Source of the DNA: Betaproteobacteria bacterium RIFCSPLOWO2_02_FULL_63_19
Lineage (GTDB): Bacteria > Pseudomonadota > Gammaproteobacteria > Burkholderiales > SG8-39
NCBI GenBank assembly: GCA_001770415.1
Contig: MEQX01000024.1
Span: forward strand, 10,983 to 74,982
Reading direction: 5' to 3'
Length of the DNA: 64,000 nt
A program made the position numbers and the translations under genes. Below are positions 59,328 through 64,000 of this stretch, piece by piece. The number at the start of each line of letters is the position of its first letter. Within the stretch, counting starts at the first letter, position 1. The notes below the pieces were generated by a model. The model was not told the DNA's origin. It saw only the letters and a list, made by a program, of their open reading frames with translations, and ran no database searches.

Positions 59328-61109
59328 ATGAGTTATGTCGCGCACGACGAATCCGTGTTCGTCCGGCCAGCCGAAGTCGGGGAGATGGAGCTCTACCACC
59401 CGAAGACCTTCATCGGGAAGTACATCTGGAGCCAGGACGCGAAAGTGATCGGAGTCCAGTACTCGATCACCGCGATCGCGGTGGGCCTGGTCGCGCTGGT
59501 GCTCTCGGGAATCATGCGGCTGCAGTTGGGATTCCCGCATGTCTTTTCGTTCATCAACCCGAGCAACTACCTCCAGTTCGTGACCATGCACGGCATGATC
59601 ATGGTGGTCTACCTGCTCACCGCGCTGTTCCTGGGAGGATTCGGCAACTACCTGATCCCGCTGATGGTCGGAGCGCGGGACATGGTCTTCCCGTACGTAA
59701 ACATGATCAGCTACTGGGTCTATCTGTTCGCCGTGCTGCTGCTGATGGCGAGTTTCTTCGTGCCGGGCGGATCCACCGGCGCCGGCTGGACGCTGTATCC
59801 GCCCCAGGCCATCCTGGACGGAACGCCGGGGGCGAACTGGGGAATCATCCTGATGCTCGTGTCGCTGGCGTTCTTCATCATCGGATTCACCATGGGCGGG
59901 CTGAACTACGTCGTGACCGTCCTGCAGGCCCGCACCCGCGGGATGACCATGATGCGCCTGCCGCTGACCGTATGGGGCATCTTCATGGCCACCATCCTCG
60001 CGCTGCTGGCGTTTCCCGCCCTGTTCGTCAGCGCCATCATGATGGCCTTGGATCAGATGCTGGGGACGAGCTTCTTCATGCCGGCACTGATTTCCAAGGG
60101 GCAGCACCTCGACTACAACGGGGGCAGCCCGGTGTTGTTCCAGCATCTGTTCTGGTTCTTCGGGCATCCCGAAGTCTACATCGTCGCCTTGCCCGCCTTC
60201 GGCATTGTCTCGGACCTGATCTCCGTGCACGCCAGAAAGAACATCTTCGGCTACAGGATGATGGTCTGGGCGATTCTGGCGATCGGCGGCCTCAGTTTCA
60301 TCGTCTGGGCGCACCACATGTATGTCAGCGGGATGAACCCGTACTTCGGCTTCTTCTTCGCCACCACCACGCTGATTATCGCCGTCCCAACGGCCCTCAA
60401 GGTATACAACTGGGTGCTGACTCTCTGGCGGGGTGACATCCGCTTCAACGTACCCATGCTGTTCGCCATCGGTTTCATCTTCACGTTCATCAACGGAGGA
60501 CTGACCGGACTGTTCCTCGGCAACGTGACCGTGGACCTCCCGCTTTCGGACACCATGTTCGTCGTCGCCCATTTCCACATGGTGATGGCCGTGTCACCCA
60601 TCCTGGTCATTTTCGGGGCGATCTATCACTGGTATCCCAAGGTCACCGGGCGAATGCTGGACGATACGATGGGCAAGTTCCACTTCTGGGTCACCTTCCT
60701 CGGCACCTACGCAATCTACTACCCGATGCATTACCTGGGTTTCCTGGGCGTACCGCGCCGCTACTATGCGGTGACCGGCACGGACTTCATCCCCGAATCG
60801 GCCCAGTCGCTGAACGCCGGCATCACCGTCGCGACGCTGGTCGTGGGCAGCGTCCAGTTGCTGTTCCTGTTCAATCTGGTCTGGAGTTATTTCCGAGGCC
60901 GCCCATCGGGCGACAATCCCTGGGGGGCCACCACGCTGGAGTGGCAAACCCCCCACACGCCACCGAAACACGGCAACTTCGGCGCTGAATTGCCGGTGGT
61001 CTATCGCTGGGCCTACGATTACAGCGTGCCGGGTGCCGAGAAGGACTTCATACCGCAAAACCAGCCGCCGGCTAGAACAGCGGAGGATGCAGTGGACGCG
61101 ACGTCATGA
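59328..61109 (+). CDS. coxN: Cytochrome c oxidase subunit I (A1-type, CoxN-like)
   Basis: TMHG, GWTLYPP, FWFFGHPEVY, WAHH, AHFH, PRRY. Confidence 0.93.
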   Translation: MSYVAHDESVFVRPAEVGEMELYHPKTFIGKYIWSQDAKVIGVQYSITAIAVGLVALVLSGIMRLQLGFPHVFSFINPSNYLQFVTMHGMIMVVYLLTALFLGGFGNYLIPLMVGARDMVFPYVNMISYWVYLFAVLLLMASFFVPGGSTGAGWTLYPPQAILDGTPGANWGIILMLVSLAFFIIGFTMGGLNYVVTVLQARTRGMTMMRLPLTVWGIFMATILALLAFPALFVSAIMMALDQMLGTSFFMPALISKGQHLDYNGGSPVLFQHLFWFFGHPEVYIVALPAFGIVSDLISVHARKNIFGYRMMVWAILAIGGLSFIVWAHHMYVSGMNPYFGFFFATTTLIIAVPTALKVYNWVLTLWRGDIRFNVPMLFAIGFIFTFINGGLTGLFLGNVTVDLPLSDTMFVVAHFHMVMAVSPILVIFGAIYHWYPKVTGRMLDDTMGKFHFWVTFLGTYAIYYPMHYLGFLGVPRRYYAVTGTDFIPESAQSLNAGITVATLVVGSVQLLFLFNLVWSYFRGRPSGDNPWGATTLEWQTPHTPPKHGNFGAELPVVYRWAYDYSVPGAEKDFIPQNQPPARTAEDAVDATS

Positions 61110-61828
61110 CGATCATCTTGCTGGTCGTGGTGCCGATCATGGCGGCTGTCGTGTGGTGGCTGTTGCGGCAGACGATGAATGTGCGCCCCTGGACCGAGCA
61201 GCGCCCGGGCGACGCCCTCCCCGGCGACGGCGTCCTGTCCCTGCCCCCGGTAACAATTGGTCTCGGGGTGTTTCTGGCGGTCGCCACGTCGCTGTTCGCG
61301 CTGCTGATCAGTGCCTATAACATGCGGATGGAGGCAGCCGACTGGACGACCCTGGCCGTGCCCAAGGGACTGTGGGTGACTACGGGGGTGCTCGTACTGA
61401 GCAGCATCGCCATGCAATGGACCCGGTCCGCGGCGATACGGGGACGGATTGACCGCGTGAGAATGGGCCTGATTGCCGGGGGCGTCCTCGCGTTCGGTTT
61501 TCTGGCGGGGCAACTTCTGGTGTGGCAGCAACTGCACGCATCGAGCCACTTCGTGACCTCGAATCCTGCCAATGCGTTCTTTTACCTGCTCACCGCGGTG
61601 CACGGCCTGCACCTGCTCGGCGGCCTGTGGGTCTGGGGCAAAACCACGGCCAAGCTGTTTCGCGGCGCTGCGGTCGGCCGCGTTCGCCTGAGCGTGGAAC
61701 TGTGCACCGTGTACTGGCACTACCTGCTGCTGGTCTGGCTGGCCCTGTTCGCATTGCTGCTGTCCACGCCGCCGCGCCAGAACGCATGCACGCCGGATGC
61801 GGTTGCGATCTGCGGGTCGCCGAGGTGA
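61106..61828 (+). CDS. coxO: Cytochrome c oxidase subunit III homolog (CoxO-like)
   Basis: FYLLTAVHGLHLLGG; YWHYLLLVW. Confidence 0.85.
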   Translation: MTIILLVVVPIMAAVVWWLLRQTMNVRPWTEQRPGDALPGDGVLSLPPVTIGLGVFLAVATSLFALLISAYNMRMEAADWTTLAVPKGLWVTTGVLVLSSIAMQWTRSAAIRGRIDRVRMGLIAGGVLAFGFLAGQLLVWQQLHASSHFVTSNPANAFFYLLTAVHGLHLLGGLWVWGKTTAKLFRGAAVGRVRLSVELCTVYWHYLLLVWLALFALLLSTPPRQNACTPDAVAICGSPR

Positions 61829-61939
61829 GCACATGGCACAGGCGCACGGAAATCGCATCGCGGACCCGATGCTAGCGCCGGAGCCACAGTTGCCGCAGGC
61901 TGTACAGATAAACCAGATGGACAAAGGGGATCGAAGAAC

Positions 61940-62665
61940 ATGACACAACCCGTATCGACGAGTTCTGCGCAGACCTTCCCGCTGCCCGAAGGCCTGCCGG
62001 GCATCGTCGCGGACTTCTCGTCGGATCAGAGGGCTTTCAAGAACGTCCCCTGGGGCAAGGCAATGATGTGGATCTTCCTTCTCAGCGACACCTTCATCTT
62101 CAGTTGCTTCCTGATCTCGTACATGACGGTGCGCATGTCCACCACGGAGCCCTGGCCAAATCCCAGCGAGGTGTTCGCATTGACGCTTTGGGGAAAGAAG
62201 ATTCCCCTCATCTTGATCGCGATCATGACCTTCGTCCTGATCAGCAGCAGCGGGACCATGGCCATGGCCGTCAAGTTCGGCTATGAGAAGAACAGGAGGA
62301 TGACCTTCATCCTGCTGCTGGTCACCGCGGCATTGGGCGCCACGTTCGTCGGAATGCAGGCCTTCGAGTGGACCAAGCTGATCTTCGAGGAAGGGGTGCG
62401 CCCGTGGGGCAATCCGATGGGCGCGGCCCAGTTCGGCTCGACCTTCTTCATGATCACAGGTTTTCACGGCACGCACGTGTCGATCGGTGTGATTTTCCTG
62501 ATCATCGTGGCGGCAAAGGTAATCCGGGGGGACCTGGATCACGAAAGGCCGGGCTTCATGACCGGCAGAAAGGGGAACTACGAGATTGTCGAAACCATGG
62601 GCCTGTACTGGCACTTCGTCGATCTGGTCTGGGTATTCATCTTCGCATTCTTCTATCTTTGGTAA
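61940..62665 (+). CDS. coxP: Cytochrome c oxidase subunit III homolog (CoxP-like)
   Basis: MWIFLLSD; TGFHGTHV; LYWHFVDLVWVFIF. Confidence 0.88.
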   Translation: MTQPVSTSSAQTFPLPEGLPGIVADFSSDQRAFKNVPWGKAMMWIFLLSDTFIFSCFLISYMTVRMSTTEPWPNPSEVFALTLWGKKIPLILIAIMTFVLISSSGTMAMAVKFGYEKNRRMTFILLLVTAALGATFVGMQAFEWTKLIFEEGVRPWGNPMGAAQFGSTFFMITGFHGTHVSIGVIFLIIVAAKVIRGDLDHERPGFMTGRKGNYEIVETMGLYWHFVDLVWVFIFAFFYLW

Positions 62666-62673
62666 GAACAATC

Positions 62674-63018
62674 ATGGCACACGCGCAGGGACAACAGCAT
62701 CCGATCGGCATCTACCTCAAGATCTGGGGATTGCTCTTCATTCTCAGCACCGCATCTTATCTCGTGGACTACTTCCACTTCCAGGGATACCTCCGATGGT
62801 TTCTGATCGTCACGTTCATGCTGATGAAGGCGGGCCTGATTGTCGCCGTGTTCATGCACATGATCTGGGAGCGACTGGCCCTGGTGTATGCCATCTTGGT
62901 CCCGCCGCTGCTGTTGATGGTGCTTCTGGGCATCGGAGCCCTTGAAGCGGACTACACGTTCTTCACGCGCGGCACGTTCTTCGCGGCCGCCACGAAGGCG
63001 CCGGCGCAGCATCGCTGA
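62674..63018 (+). CDS. Cytochrome c oxidase subunit IV (prokaryotic COX4-type, CoxQ-like)
   Basis: YLKIWGLLFILS..MKAGLIVAVFMHM; 3 TM. Confidence 0.85.
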   Translation: MAHAQGQQHPIGIYLKIWGLLFILSTASYLVDYFHFQGYLRWFLIVTFMLMKAGLIVAVFMHMIWERLALVYAILVPPLLLMVLLGIGALEADYTFFTRGTFFAAATKAPAQHR

Positions 63019-63041
63019 CACGCTCGGATCGGTCGCCTTGC

Positions 63042-63602
63042 TCAGGTGTGGCGTATCATCCCTACCCTCTGCTGCAGAGCGATCAGCCAGTGCGGGTCGG
63101 GCCGGCCCGTGCCTGCCGGTTCCATTTGGGGATGCGATTTCAGGACCGCCGCCAGCGAAATTTCCTGCTGAGGCTCTAGGTCCACGAACAAGACATGCCT
63201 GCCTTCGCTTAGGGGCTTTTCGAATCGGGCGAGGTCCCGGTTGGGCTTCTGAATCCCGATCAGCCCTCCCTCCCAAGCACTAAAGCCCAGCAGCACGACG
63301 GCCAGGAAGATGAAGGGCATCCATCCAACCCTGGTTTGCGTCCAGCCCGCAGCGTACGCGACCAAGAGAACCAGCGCGAAAGCGCAAATCCCCACTACGG
63401 CGCCTCGCTTTGTCGAGCGGACGATGTCCTGCTTCATGAACGACTGAACCTCGTGAAGATGAGGATGTTGCTCCACCGCCGCGTCGTTCTGGCTGAGCAC
63501 GTGAATTTGCGGTGTCGAAACGCCGGCTGCCTCCAGTTGCTCCTCGAACACTTCCAGGTCGTCCAAGCTGTCGCTGACGAAGTAATGCCTACGCATGCTC
63601 AT
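63042..63602 (-). CDS. Conserved hypothetical 2-TM membrane protein
   Basis: MRRHYFVSDSLDDLE..HVLS; central hydrophobic hairpin ending WEGGLIG; GRHVLFVD. Confidence 0.7.
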   Translation of the reverse strand: MSMRRHYFVSDSLDDLEVFEEQLEAAGVSTPQIHVLSQNDAAVEQHPHLHEVQSFMKQDIVRSTKRGAVVGICAFALVLLVAYAAGWTQTRVGWMPFIFLAVVLLGFSAWEGGLIGIQKPNRDLARFEKPLSEGRHVLFVDLEPQQEISLAAVLKSHPQMEPAGTGRPDPHWLIALQQRVGMIRHT

Positions 63603-63761
63603 GATGAACTCCTCCTGGTCTGTGACTCTGGCCACTATTCTTGACTGTGCGCTACCGCAATCCTGCACCGGATACCCTGTTCGGGCAAGAGGAAACGAAG
63701 GGCAGACCGCAGTCCTGAACTCAGCGCCGCGTTGCGCGGTCCGAATGATCACTTCGGAATT

Positions 63762-64000
63762 TCAGCCGGCGCCATCGCCGACCCGGCAGCGCCTGAGGTT
63801 GAGCACGAAGTACAGGATCACGATGAGAACTCCCATCGCGTACCACTGCAGCGCATAGGCTCGATGCACATCGACCCCCTGGTCGGGACGCTGCCACTGG
63901 CGTACAAGGCCGTCGCGGGTATCGCTGGTCTGCTGAATCACGATCGGTTGCAAGGCGAGCCCGGAATTCTCCTCGATGCGCGCAAGTACGAGGTTCTGCA
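63762..64000 (-). CDS. surf1: SURF1-family protein, C-terminal fragment (gene starts beyond window)
   Basis: Frame open to window edge; DGLVRQWQRPDQGVDVHRAYALQWY followed by a TM helix. Confidence 0.85.
   Translation of the reverse strand, partial: QNLVLARIEENSGLALQPIVIQQTSDTRDGLVRQWQRPDQGVDVHRAYALQWYAMGVLIVILYFVLNLRRCRVGDGAG

Overview
GC-rich bacterial chromosome segment. The housekeeping gene order (ruvCAB-ybgC-tolQRAB-pal-cpoB-tRNA-Lys; ispE-tRNA-Gln-prs-rplY-pth; ftsY-ftsE-ftsX-rpoH; surf1...cyoE-sco) suggests a betaproteobacterium (inference). The left half (1-32.1 kb) is accessory and lies downstream of the 3' end of tRNA-Lys(UUU). It holds two TAXI-TRAP systems, a TTT system (fused TctA-TctB, extended TctC, His-rich LVIVD protein) and a GT2-GtrA + DUF2723 glycosylation pair. 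It also contains a ~17.5 kb block bounded by tRNA-Lys (32122-32197) and a degenerate same-orientation copy of its 3' half (14573-14600). That block carries a Dehalococcoidia-like reductive dehalogenase with no TAT leader and no rdhB, FecR-domain/VpsP-like/O-antigen-ligase genes, and a LysR-associated redox cluster: acyl/aryl-CoA ligase, HcrA-like molybdoenzyme with fused [2Fe-2S] subunit, AprA/SdhA-fold flavoprotein with ferredoxin, and a GltD-like oxidoreductase. This cluster plus the dehalogenase is the best candidate for an undescribed (halo/hydroxy)aromatic-processing system. The right half is core genome with three oddities: a highly divergent YchF-like protein after pth, a perfect CIRCE element before rpoH, and a coxMNOPQ-type oxidase operon (di-heme c fused to subunit II) inverted between surf1 and cyoE, with no cox15/ctaA visible. 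All assignments come from motif recognition by eye; no database searches were run. Several starts were moved to internal codons relative to the ORF track.
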